In this document: piece after piece, positions 24,417 through 37,548 of the stretch
Layout of the letters: each line of letters starts with the position of its first letter
Numbering within the stretch: the first letter of the stretch is position 1
Assembly: GCF_001194135.2 (NCBI RefSeq)
Contig: NC_068991.1
Coordinates: 17,401,616-17,445,820 of the forward strand
Origin: Octopus bimaculoides
Taxonomy: Eukaryota
Length of the DNA stretch: 44,205 nucleotides
Direction: 5' to 3'
The notes under the pieces: generated by a model
Database searches by the model: none
What the model was told of the DNA's origin: nothing
What the model saw: the letters and a program-made list of their open reading frames with translations, nothing else
Program-made: the position numbers and the translations under genes

Positions 24417-24896
24417 TATCTAACTGTAAGCTTAAAAGCATAACCAAAAAAGCTACAACAACCAGATGTTATAATTGCTTGCAAACAATAACAGCATTCA
24501 AACAAAGAATTGTGAAGCTTTCCATTTTGTCCTTTCTTTCCATAAGAGCATTATACTTGAAGCATGAAGAAATTATCAACAAAGGATTAATAATTAAAAG
24601 GGTTGTTATAGGACTCAGTTCAACTAGCTGCAAAGAATACACATCACATCTTCTGGGAAATCTACTAGCCTTAGACAGGTGTGTTCTCCACTCAGCTTAA
24701 GCATTTCCTGCATGTGTACCTGTAGCATTTATCAGGAGCTAAGTCCATGGTTAAGACATGTAGATTCAAGTTGGTTCAGACTACCCACATCTCAATAGAA
24801 ATTATTCAAAAGACATGAGGAGCTTTTAAGGAGTAATGCTTCATTTATAGCAAGCAAATAAGATGCTAGTCTATATCAGAAAATATTCTCGGATAG

Positions 24897-25302
24897 ACAT
24901 GGCTGTGTGGTTGAGAGGTGTACTTTCCAACCACATAGTCAGGGGTTCAGCCCATCTGCATGGCACCTTGGATTAAATGTCTTCTACTATAGCCCCAGGC
25001 TTAACAAAACCTTGTGGATGGATTTTTGTGTTGTTTGTTACTGTCTTCTTGTTTTGACACTGCTTGTTAGTTGTAAATGAGCGTCACCATCATACAAGGG
25101 GTGTCTTTCATTTCCTTTCCAATCTTTTGTAAAAAAAAAGCATGTCTGGCCATGAGGAAATATTACCTTACTTGGAAGCACAGAGGTATTGCTAACAGGA
25201 AGGACATCCGGCCATTGAAAATCAGCCACAATGAACTCTGTCCAACCCATATGAGCATGGAAAAGTGGACATTAAAACAAGGATGATGGTGATGATAATG
25301 AT
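24897..25302 (+). mobile_element. SINE with a family-B head and a different (D-type) tail ending AAAAGTGGACATTAAAA...GATGATG
   Basis: B-like head to about 25020, then GGAAGGACATCCGGCC...GCATGGAAAAGTGGACATT. The same tail occurs at about 5850-6045 (+) and 17621-17800 (-). Confidence 0.7.
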
Positions 25303-26521
25303 AGTCTTATGCCTATTTCCAACATCTACACAGACATAGTGCAGTAGAATTGAAGTGTATTGTTCGAAATCCAAAACCTCTAAACCTTATTATTTTGTCC
25401 TTATACATAGCCAAAAGACAAAGTGGGAGCAGTGTCCATGACCTTTGCAGACTCTTCTTTTCATTTATCCCTGCAACTATAGTAAGCAGGACAAAGCATC
25501 ACATGACACACATATCCTCATACCTGCATCCTCAATCACAAAGACTCAAACAAAATCAATGGGTTTTTTTAAGGCTTACTACTTAGCTACAATCTCAGTG
25601 TTGAGTAGATGAAAGATAAATCACTTTGGCAACAGAGCCCCAGTTTTACCCAAATAACTTTCCCAAATAATCCAATACCTATTCCTAATAAGTTGTAGAA
25701 TTAACTGTATTACTCAGGTACGGGGCTGTGGCATCAGTACACAGAAGTGACTCTGACTCATCATTTCATAGTACCACCAACTCTGACTTACAAGTGATCA
25801 ATTGGCAGAGTTATTAGAGAGCCAGTTAGAATGAAAGCTTTGTGGTATACAACCCAGCTCTCTGCACTTTGAGTTACTGAAGTCAACTTAGCTTTTATTC
25901 AGTCAGGATCAATAAAGTACCAGTCAAACATAGGAGTTAATTTCTCTCTTTCTCTCTCTCTCTCTCATTCACTCACACACACATACATACACTTTCTCTT
26001 TGGAAGAAATCAGCTGTGTTAAGTCCTGGAGAGATATGTGGTCCACCACATTTTTAAATGCTGGAAACACACCATATGTTACAACAGCATCCCTATAACT
26101 CCATCAAGATTTGAGAGACACACAACTCCCAGCTCCAACTTCTTGTTTATTAACAAAGTTACAAACAATTAAGCAGTACGTAAAACAAAATAAACTATAC
26201 AAATGCAAAAATAAAATCAGGAACATCTTTCATTACCAGTTCTGATTGATTGCAAAGATAAAAAAAGAGACTGGACACCTAAAGCAATTTAACGAATGAC
26301 CATTTTGAAAGAAATAAACTCAATAAGATATATAACCCTTCTTTTCATCATCATCATCAATATTTAGCATCCACATTCCATACTGGCATGGGTTGGTTTA
26401 ACATTCTATTACAATTAAAACAGTGTTGGTTATAAAATTTAATGTAACATGAAATATAAACTGTACTGCAAAAGATTGATCCCTCTATCCCTATAAAATC
26501 TATCAAAGATCTATCTCTGGA

Positions 26522-26895
26522 AGATATGTCTGTGTGAGAAGAAGTTTGCTTCCAAACCATATGGCTTAGGGTGCCAACCCAATGTGTGGCACCTTGGCCA
26601 AGTGCCTTTTATTACAGCCCTGGGTTAATCAAAGCCTCACAAGTGGATTTGGTAGTCAGAAACTGTAAGAAGCCTGTTGTGTATGTCTGTGTGTGTCTTT
26701 GTACTGGTCCCTCACCATCACTTGACAACTGGTGTTGGTTTGTTTACATCCCAGTAACTTAGCAATTCAGCAAAACAGATGATAAATAAGTACCAGGCTT
26801 TTTACAAAAATAAATACTGGAATTGATTTGTTTCATTAAAACCGTTCAAGGACAGTGCCCCAGCATGGCCACAACCTAAAGACTGAAGATAAAAG
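26522..26895 (+). mobile_element. Diverged, CpG-decayed family-B SINE
   Basis: Colinear with 24008-24416, but many CG positions appear as TG or CA. Confidence 0.8.
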
Positions 26896-27489
26896 CTTGT
26901 TCTCAAGATACAAAATTGTTTTTACCAGATCTTCCTTCATTAGAAGCCCTTAAAAGTAATTTGATAATTTAGTACAGGAAACAGCTTAGTATCTGTGAAA
27001 TTGGAAATTTTAGTGTATTATATTACAATTTACATCTAGTCCACAGTCAATGTCAATACATTTTTACTGAATTTGTCTCAAGTGACATACAGTAATTGCT
27101 TCTGACTCTACAACCCCTACCTCAATACACTACAAAATACCTTCAATAGATATGAATTCACTCAAGATTTATGAGCTAGTCATCTATCTTAAACCATATC
27201 AACTTGCTACTGTGTATTTACAAGTATGTAATTAAGTACAAAAATGGGATATATTTTCGCGACTGTTAGCAGCAGGAGTACTGTATAAAATGATGTTTCA
27301 TTAGCTTGCAGTGCTGTGTTATATCCTCAAAGGGGTGTACATTAGAAAATGATATGTTCTACCTGACTGACTTTATGCAGTGTATCTAGTGCAAATCAAA
27401 GTCTTCAGAGGTGCATTAGCAACCCAATATATATTGGAATTCAGGAATTCATTCATATATATATGTGTGTGAGAGTGTGTCTGTGTGTA

Positions 27490-27553
<64 letters not shown>

Positions 27554-28167
27554 CGTATATACATATGTATGTATGTATGTATGTATATCTTTAGAATAAT
27601 TTCTCCATGGACTGAGTATGATAACGGCATATGAACAACTGCATAGATTACTTGAAAATATGTATGTATGTACATATGTGTGTATATGCAAAAGTATATC
27701 TATGCTTGGATAAATATATATCAGATTTTATACCAATAAGATTTTTGCATGCATGTGCATATGTGTATATATACATGCATGTTATATAACAGGAGCCATA
27801 TCATATATATATGTATATTTTTATATATATGTATATTTACAGATATAGATATACAAAGGAATATATTGTTCTCAAAATGCAATGACTCCATGTGCCCTGA
27901 GAAAGCACCTGGCAGAGTTAAACCACACGTATTCATACACAGAAAGACAAACATGTAAGTACGTACGTACATATATACCTACATACATACATACATAATT
28001 TTAAGGAATACTCGGGAGTTTCCCTCTAAAAGAATAAATGAGAATGCTTGTAGCATGAAACAGTAAAGTTTTGAACCCTGAAATATGAATATATGCTACA
28101 ATCTGAAAATTGAGTACTTTCCTTCAAAGAATCAGACTATAAAAAGAGAGAGAGAGAGAGAGAGAGG

Positions 28168-28200
<33 letters not shown>

Positions 28201-28817
28201 NNNNNNNNNNNNNNNNNNNNNNNNNNNNNNNNNNNNNNNNNNNNNNNNNNNNNNNNNNNNNNNNNNNNNNNNNNNNNNNNNNNNNNNNNNNNNNNNNNNN
28301 NNNNNNNNNNNNNNNNNNNNNNNNNNNNNNNNNNNNNNNNNNNNNNNNNNNNNNNNNNNNNNNNNNNNNNNNNNNNNNNNNNNNNNNNNNNNNNNNNNNN
28401 NNNNNNNNNNNNNNNNNNNNNNNNNNNNNNNNNNNNNNNNNNNNNNNNNNNNNNNNNNNNNNNNNNNNNNNNNNNNNNNNNNNNNNNNNNNNNNNNNNNN
28501 NNNNNNNNNNNNNNNNNNNNNNNNNNNNNNNNNNNNNNNNNNNNNNNNNNNNNNNNNNNNNNNNNNNNNNNNNNNNNNNNNNNNNNNNNNNNNNNNNNNN
28601 NNNNNNNNNNNNNNNNATATATATATATATATAATCTTTAAATGACAAAATGGAAGGATATCAAATAAAGACCCTGAAGAAACTGCAGCAATTTTATAGA
28701 AGGATTGCAATTGCAAAGGTTACTAAGTGGTGCAATTGAAACATGTGTTGGTCTATGTAAGGCAGTATATAAATTAAAGAACTAAAGGTGATGCAATGCA
28801 ACTTTGTAGTAATCCTT

Positions 28818-29121
28818 ATATATATATACACTCACATATATACACTTATACACACACATATCTATATATACATATACATACACATACATATATACTTATA
28901 CATACAAATATATACACATACATATATACACTTATACACACACACGTATATATATACATATAAACATATACATATATTTACATACATATATACACACATA
29001 TATATATATATATATATATATNNNNNNNNNNNNNNNNNNNNNNNNNNNNNNNNNNNNNNNNNNNNNNNNNNNNNNNNNNNNNNNNNNNNNNNNNNNNNNN
29101 NNNNNNNNNNNNNNNNNNNNN

Positions 29122-29163
<42 letters not shown>

Positions 29164-29230
29164 GCAGATATACATACATATGCATGCATTTATATACAAA
29201 CATAGGTTTATATATATATATACACACACC
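28818..29230. repeat. Compound (TA)n/(CA)n low-complexity tract spanning a gap
   Basis: Direct reading. Similar tracts occur at about 1313-1450 and 27466-27590. Confidence 0.9.
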
Positions 29231-29615
29231 CATATTGCATATATATTTAACGGTTCAGTATGAATCAGATTGATGCATATATAAACCCCCTTTGTACAAA
29301 AATACACTTGTTGCATCTTCATTTGCATTTTCTTTAGGAAACATACGTGCATACATACACACACACATATATCTACGTATGGATATATGTGCGTATGGGT
29401 TGTAATACTCTCAGGGAGAAGAGAAGAGAGAAGAAAAGAGGTAGACACAGAGAAGACAACTATAATTGATGGGGCTGACTCATGCAGCAAGAGATATAGG
29501 GAACCTATTTCTCGACCAATCGGATATTGGGGCGCACTTTCACAAAACAACCAACATGTAAGTACAATACACACACAATTTGCATACTAATTTGTGTGCG
29601 TGTGTGTGTGCGTGC

Positions 29616-29643
29616 AGATAGATAGATAGATAGATAGATAGAT

Positions 29644-29720
<77 letters not shown>

Positions 29721-29738
29721 TAGATAGATAGATAGATA
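29616..29738. repeat. (GATA)n/(GACA)n tetranucleotide microsatellite
   Basis: Direct reading. A second (GATA)n run lies at about 40731-40783. Confidence 0.95.
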
Positions 29739-30031
29739 CTGAAAAATATATTTGCACACACATGTGCAAATATCTACACACACACACACACGTGTGCATA
29801 TAATTAACAGGCTAATCCCTCAATATAGAGGATCATTATTAATTTTAATAGGTTTATATATATATATATATATATATAGGGAAAGAGAACGAAATACCAC
29901 GTCGAAATAATAATAATAATAATACCACATGGACAATAATTAATAAATTGGAGTGACAGATTGTGGAGAGAGAAAGGAAGGGATGGCTTTATGGCTGTAA
30001 TCGAATCATGGGGGTTCTGTTATAGACTTAC

Positions 30032-30420
30032 ACGCTACATACACAACGTAATGTAACGTAATCCTCACCAAAAGTCGTAATGGCGTCTACTACTGGGAAA
30101 GAAAAGCCTTTCAAAGCGATCGAAGAGGGGGAGAAGGAAGAGAGGGGGGGTGAATAAGGGACACGTATATTTCTACAAGAGGAAGCTGGCGAATAACTGG
30201 AATGAGAAGGAGGGAGAATGATGCCGACATCGGCAAGGTGCATGCAATGATGCCGCTTTGCTGTGTGTCTGACACAACGGCATTACACCACAGACAGACA
30301 GACACAGACAAACACCAAGCACACGGATACAGGCAACGCAAGTCTTGTGTTCGTTCGGTGTGTCTCGTGAGCGAGTCGTCTCGCTGCTTGAAAAGGCATC
30401 GATACAGTCAAGTTCGAGCA
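30032..30420 (-). other. Candidate non-coding first (5' UTR) exon / promoter-proximal region of the LRR gene
   Basis: Unique, CpG-containing sequence ending at a consensus donor GTAAGT (30026-30031 on minus), located at the apparent CpG-depletion boundary. The upper boundary is approximate. Confidence 0.3.
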
Positions 30421-31131
30421 GCAGCGATGGTAGTGATGGTGGTGGTGGTGGTGGTAGTGATGGTGGTGGTGGTGGTGGTNNNNNNNNNNNNNNNNNNNNN
30501 NNNNNNNNNNNNNNNNNNNNNNNNNNNNNNNNNNNNNNNNNNNNNNNNNNNNNNNNNNNNNNNNNNNNNNNNNNNNNNNNNNNNNNNNNNNNNNNNNNNN
30601 NNNNNNNNNNNNNNNNNNNNNNNNNNNNNNNNNNNNNNNNNNNNNNNNNNNNNNNNNNNNNNNNNNNNNNNNNNNNNNNNNNNNNNNNNNNNNNNNNNNN
30701 NNNNNNNNNNNNNNNNNNNNNNNNNNNNNNNNNNNNNNNNNNNNNNNNNNNNNNNNNNNNNNNNNNNNNNNNNNNNNNNNNNNNNNNNNNNNNNNNNNNN
30801 NNNNNNNNNNNNNNNNNNNNNNNNNNNNNNNNNNNNNNNNNNNNNNNNNNNNNNNNNNNNNNNNNNNNNNNNNNNNNNNNNNNNNNNNNNNNNNNNNNNN
30901 NNNNNNNNNNNNNNNNNNNNNNNNNNNNNNNNNNNNNNNNNNNNNNNNNNNNNNNNNNNNNNNNNNNNNNNNNNNNNNNNNNNNNNNNNNNNNNNNNNNN
31001 NNNNNNNNNNNNNNNNNNNNNNNNNNNNNNNNNNNNNNNNNNNNNNNNNNNNNNNNNNNNNNNNNNNNNNNNNNNNNNNNNNNNNNNNNTATATATATAT
31101 ATATATATATATATGCACATAGGCATACCTA

Positions 31132-31822
31132 CAGAAGTGTGCACTCCCCCTACCGACTTTGTTTCCTCATAACTTCCAGAAAAATGGATATTTTCTGATG
31201 AAATTTTCTACAAATACCCTTCAGATGGTATAGATTCCGATTATATTGGAATTTATTATTAAAACAATTTCCATGGGTGGGGAAAGGTGTTTGGGAAAAT
31301 TTACACGAGTTGGTTTTTGTTTCCTAGAAATTTTCGATAAATACCTTTCAGAGTGTGTAGATTAGAATTATATCGGAATTTAATATGAAAGGGAAAAATT
31401 GGTGGGCTCGTACACATACACACTAACACACAACATATATCTAGAAAATGAAACTTGAAATTTCTAAAAAAAATATTGTAATGTGTCAATATGTGTGTGC
31501 GTGCATTTTTGTCTTCATACCAAATTCCAACATAATCTTAATTTGCACATTCTGAAAGGTATCTGTAGAAAATTTCATACAAAGACCCATTTTTCTGAAA
31601 GTTACTAGGAAACAAAGCCGACTCATACGAATTTTCTGAAACTCCTCTCCCCACCCCTTGGGATTTTCTCTTCTTTTTTTTCTTTTTTTTTTATTTCACA
31701 ACAAATTCCAATATAATCGGAATCTACACCAACTGAAGTGTATTTGTGGAGCATTTCATTAAAAAAAAAAATCCATTTTTCTGGAAGTTACGAGGAAACA
31801 AAGTCGGAGGTGGCAACTTCTG
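31132..31822. mobile_element. Foldback-like MITE (691 bp) with TA flanks, probably Tc1/mariner/pogo superfamily
   Basis: TA|CAGAAGT...ACTTCTG|TA. The arms 31132-~31382 and ~31520-31822 are inverted copies, and each arm contains two copies of a roughly 100-bp module. Confidence 0.8.
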
Positions 31823-32455
31823 TATACACATACATACATACATACATAAGAGAAATAGAACTCAATACGCAAAGTAGAACAAATATTTATTTATGAGCTG
31901 TAAAGCTACATATGTGGCATACAGAAGAAATAGACGGATATATTATTAGACAAGTCAGAAAGACCAGACCAGACAAATATATATATATATATATATATAN
32001 NNNNNNNNNNNNNNNNNNNNNNNNNNNNNNNNNNNNNNNNNNNNNNNNNNNNNNNNNNNNNNNNNNNNNNNNNNNNNNNNNNNNNNNNNNNNNNNNNNNN
32101 NNNNNNNNNNNNNNNNNNNNNNNNNNNNNNNNNNNNNNNNNNNNNNNNNNNNNNNNNNNNNNNNNNNNNNNNNNNNNNNNNNNNNNNNNNNNNNNNNNNN
32201 NNNNNNNNNNNNNNNNNNNNNNNNNNNNNNNNNNNNNNNNNNNNNNNNNNNNNNNNNNNNNNNNNNNNNNNNNNNNNNNNNNNNNNNNNNNNNNNNNNNN
32301 NNNNNNNNNNNNNNNNNNNNNNNNNNNNNNNNNNNNNAGAGAGAGAGAGAGAATGAACAAAGATGTAGTGTAAGAAAGAAAAAGGACAATAAGAACAAGT
32401 TAAAAGAATGAGAAGAAAGGAAAATATGTAGGAGAGGAATAGAAAGAACGGGAAA

Positions 32456-32497
<42 letters not shown>

Positions 32498-34110
32498 CCC
32501 AATTCGGAGACGGTTACAGGGCAAGAAGTTGTCTATCACCGTTATAGCTGCTAAACTACATCTCGATACACAAAAACACAGAAACCTGTGTCCAAAACCC
32601 AGTTTGCTTTTCTTTTCTGTTTTTCTCCCCTTCGTTTAATATACCACAGCAAAGCCATACATACATACTATCTAGCTTTCGGTGTGTTTTTGCATCCCTC
32701 AATCCCTCTATCAATCAATACACTACATCCATCTCCCTCGCTTTTCTTCCTCTTCGATCAGTCGTGTCAACAATAAAAAATTTTTTTAAAAACTGTATTT
32801 CATCACTTCATACAATAACGGTGTCACCAGGTGATACTCAGATAATTTAAATGTTTATTATTAAATATATTAGTGAGGTGTGGGGGAGGAGGAAATCATT
32901 ATCTTCATCTTATATTATTATCAAGGCGATAGCAAAAACGGTAGAGCGCCAGACAAAAACCACCTTGCGGTATTAGTCACGTCCCATTTACGTTGTACAA
33001 CTGCCGGGGTCGATAAAACGAGCACTAACTAGCCAAACACTGGGTTGATATAATTGACTATATTTTCCCCCTAAAAAAGTGTGACCTTGTTTAAAAATCA
33101 CTTTCCTAAGTTGTTAAATATTTTGGGGTTTTTATTTTAAATAAATTTGCCTTTTACTAAATAAAGGAAACCGCTTTCTCTTTCCTTTTCTTCCCGGGGT
33201 CGATACTGTACAGTACACGTTAACCGATGACATTCTTTCGGCTTGTGATCGTAAACTGAAAGTAGGAACATTATTGACAGTTTGTCTGTGTCCACGCGGG
33301 TGTGTCGAATAGGCACACATCCACCAAATTTTTTTGTTTGTTAGTTTTGTGTGATCTTTAAATTCTTTGGATTCTTGCTTCCAACAATGGAGATCACGAT
33401 TTTACCACCACCGCCACCACCACCACCACCACCACTCCCCACAAAAGAACAACAAAACCATATTTTTCATACCACCCTCATTGTTTTTAAAAACTTTTTT
33501 CGATATTTTTTTTTTAAATGTAATTCAATTTTTTTCTTGTTTTTTCCTTTCAAAATTTCAGTGCTTACGATTACTTTCACTTTCGATTTGTAGTTCTAAA
33601 CCGAAAAAAATACTTTAATCGACTAAATAACAAGTCAAAAATAACACAATCGGTAGAGCAGCATTCCGAGTTCAAATCAAGCCGATGTCAACTTTACCTT
33701 ACAGAGGCCGATAAAATAAAGTACCAGCCAAGTACTAAAGGTGAAATAATGAATTATAATACGTCCCCCCAGATTTACGGCCTTGTGCTAACGCTAGAAA
33801 TCATTATTAATATACATAATAGAATAAAAGACGAAATCATCTTCATCAGATACAATAAAAGAATGTATCATCAAGGATTATTATTATTATTATTATTATT
33901 ATTATTTAGCCTTCTTCCCTAAAATTACTAGCCTTGTGCCAAAATCTAAAACCATTATTATCACCATCATCATCACTCTTTGTTGATATTACCTATCATA
34001 CATACATTTTTTCAATCGTTCTATTCTATATGTAAATCCCAATCTTTATGCCCGTCTTTGTATTGTCTCCCACACCCGTCGCCACGGTGGCAAATAAAAG
34101 AAATTATTAC

Positions 34111-34157
<47 letters not shown>

Positions 34158-34358
34158 GGTCTTAGAGAAAAGCCAATGAACTCTACACAATCTCGTTTGT
34201 CTATCGGAAAGTGTGATGGAAGCCGTGTGCCTATATAAGCAACCACTAACCATCAACACACTCATCACTCTCAAAGCCACCATCAGCATCATTATCATCA
34301 TGTACTAATATACCGAAGCCGAATCACTTGACTATATACTCTCCTATCCATCTCCGTG

Positions 34359-34393
<35 letters not shown>

Positions 34394-36014
34394 AACAAAA
34401 ATCGGTCTCGTGCCTGGCCAGAAAGAAAACCATCAAGAATTATTATAAATACTTTTTATTATTTATTAACTGAAGTGAGAGAGTGATCGAGGAAGGATTT
34501 CACAATTACCGCGATCTTTTTTTTCTTTCCTGNNNNNNNNNNNNNNNNNNNNNNNNNNNNNNNNNNNNNNNNNNNNNNNNNNNNNNNNNNNNNNNNNNNN
34601 NNNNNNNNNNNNNNNNNNNNNNNNNNNNNNNNNNNNNNNNNNNNNNNNNNNNNNNNNNNNNNNNNNNNNNNNNNNNNNNNNNNNNNNNNNNNNNNNNNNN
34701 NNNNNNNNNNNNNNNNNNNNNNNNNNNNNNNNNNNNNNNNNNNNNNNNNNNNNNNNNNNNNNNNNNNNNNNNNNNNNNNNNNNNNNNNNNNNNNNNNNNN
34801 NNNNNNNNNNNNNNNNNNNNNNNNNNNNNNNNNNNNNNNNNNNNNNNNNNNNNNNNNNNNNNNNNNNNNNNNNNNNNNNNNNNNNNNNNNNNNNNNNNNN
34901 NNNNNNNNNNNNNNNNNNNNNNNNNNNNNNNNNNNNNNNNNNNNNNNNNNNNNNNNNNNNNNNNNNNNNNNNNNNNNNNNNNNNNNNNNNNNNNNNNNNN
35001 NNNNNNNNNNNNNNNNNNNNNNNNNNNNNNNNNNNNNNNNNNNNNNNNNNNNNNNNNNNNNNNNNNNNNNNNNNNNNNNNNNNNNNNNNNNNNNNNNNNN
35101 NNNNNNNNNNNNNNNNNNNNNNNNNNNNNNNNNNNNNNNNNNNNNNNNNNNNNNNNCAATTTCATAATTGCGCACGAATCACGAGAATTACAAAAACGAT
35201 TTCTTTTGAAGAAGCACGAGGAACGCATATTTATAGGAAGGGGGAGGGGCGGTGGGGGTGAACGACTTGTGATGGAACAGAAACACTGTGACGTTCATGC
35301 CTTTTCTAAGAAATACAAGCGATTTCAGTGAAGTGATTAATGAATAATGACTCGTTAGCAATCAATAAACAGGGTCACAGACATTGTACACCGGGAGTTT
35401 ATACGGAGCTCGTCTCCGGCATTAAAAAAAAAAAAAAAAATTAAAAAGCATAGGGCTTGTGATTTGGGGGACGAATAGATTTAGCTGATCAAATCGCCCC
35501 TAATACAGGGTTGATTTATCGATTTTCCGGAACCTTTACTTCCAAAGTCGTTCCGGATTACCGGAATTTTCCGACCCTGGAGTGGCCAGATCGGTCAATA
35601 CGCTCTAAATTAAATAGATATTAATTTTATTTAAATAATTAAATGAAATACACATACTTCTACATTAGTATAAATTATACACGTTTATTACTACTGTGCT
35701 GTGCAAGGTACTATTAAACTAATCTGGTGACAGCGGGAATTTGAAGTTTCTACTCGTACATTAGTGCGGATTGTAAAAGGTTCAAGACCATCCAGTATCC
35801 AGAAAGTTTGTGTTGTGCCTGCCTGTACTATATATTACAAACTCCAGAAAAGATGAAAGGTAAATTTGACACCGGCCAGACATGAAATCAAAATATAGAG
35901 AATCCAGAGGAAATGCCGCATGGTATTAAATCCAATACTTTAATTTCTACAAACCTATCGCCTTTCGTAACTGTTTCTAATTTAGGCAAAAAGCTAGTAA
36001 TTTTGGAGGACAGG

Positions 36015-36404
36015 TTGTTGTTGTTGGCACTCCGTCGCTTACGACGTTGAGGGTTCCAGTTGATCCGATCAACGGAACAGCCTGCTCGTGAAATTAACGT
36101 GCAAGTGGCTGAGCACTCCACAGACACGTGTACCCTTAACGTAGTTCTCGGGGAGATTCAGCGTGACACAGTGTGACAAGGTTGACCCTTTGAATTAGAG
36201 GCACAACAGAAACAGGAAGTAAGAGTGAGAGAAAGCTGTGGTGAAAGAGTACAGCAGGGTTCGCCACCATCCCCTGCCGGAGCCTCGTGGAGCTTTTAGG
36301 TGTTTTCGCTCAATAAACACTCACAACGCCCGGTCTGGGAATCGAAACCACGATTCTATGACCGCGAGTCCGCTGCCCTAACCACTGGGCCATTGCACCT
36401 CCAC
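36015..36404 (-). mobile_element. Full-length family-A SINE
   Basis: Complete reverse copy with (CAA)n tail and exact 10-bp TSD GGAGGACAGG at 36005-36014 and 36405-36414. Confidence 0.93.
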
Positions 36405-37191
36405 GGAGGACAGGAATTGCACTGAAAAAGTAAAGAGCCAGTACAAATACGGCAAGCCATTTTATCGAACGATCAACGTATTCTGCCAACCCTGATTCCT
36501 AAAAGAACAAAGATTTTTAGTGAGGGAGTACAAAGACAAATCAGTAGGAGTACTATAACTGGTATTGAAGCGATCGAGTTTGGATGGCAAGTTTAACTAT
36601 AGTATGATACGAACTGCGAACAAACATTGAAGCAATATACATATATGTATATACATATATGCATAGATATACACATACACGTATACTCAAAGTAGTACAC
36701 TCACACAGGTGTGTGTGTGTGTGTGTGTAGTAATATACAATCAAGTATATCTTGTTCCACAGTCAGTTTAGTCGGCGACTAAATCAGCACCTGCAGCAGG
36801 TCGACCGTTTGAGGAAATTGCTAGAAACCCAGCAGGACAAAAATCGAGACTGGTCTAAAGGACAGATAAAACCGAGCAAAGAGTGAACGACCAACGTAGG
36901 AATGATGCACGGGGGACATCGATGGTGAATGTGTGCACTGTAAGACCACTTGGGAAGTGATGGGAAACTATTATGAATTCAAACCTTTACTGTCCTGCGG
37001 ATACCTTTGGTTGTGAAAGACTAGGCGATGGAATACCGCCTAGTATAAAGCATTAACTCTCTGCTTCATTAAAAATCGTTGGCGATTAAGGATCTCCATG
37101 TAAAAGTCAGATTCAGGATTTTTCTTGGGAGACATACAGCAGTGGCTTCCTGCTGCCTTCTGCTGGTTTATTTACAGTTTACTCTGCTAGT

Positions 37192-37548
37192 GTGGAGGCG
37201 CAATGGCCCAGTGGTTAGGGCTGCAGACTCGCGGTTTCGATTCCCGGACCGGGCGTTGTGAGTTTATTGAGCGAAAACACTTAAAGCTCCAGGGGATGGT
37301 GGCGAACCCTGCTGTACTCTTTCACCACAACTTTCTCTCACTCTTACTTCCTGTTTCTGTTGTGCCTGTAATTCAAAGGGTCAGCCTTGTCACACTGTGT
37401 CACGCTGAATCTCCGCGAGAACTACGTTAAGGGTACACGTGTCTGTGGAGTGCTCAGCCACTTGCACGTTAATTTCACGAGCTGGCTGTTCCGTTGATCG
37501 GATCAACTGGAACCCTCGACGCCGTAAGCGACAGAGTGCCAACATACA
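37192..37548 (+). mobile_element. Full-length family-A SINE with a 13-nt internal deletion
   Basis: 12-bp TSD TACTCTGCTAGT at 37180-37191 and 37549-37560. Lacks ACGAGGCTCCGGC relative to the copies at 20326 and 36015. Confidence 0.92.
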
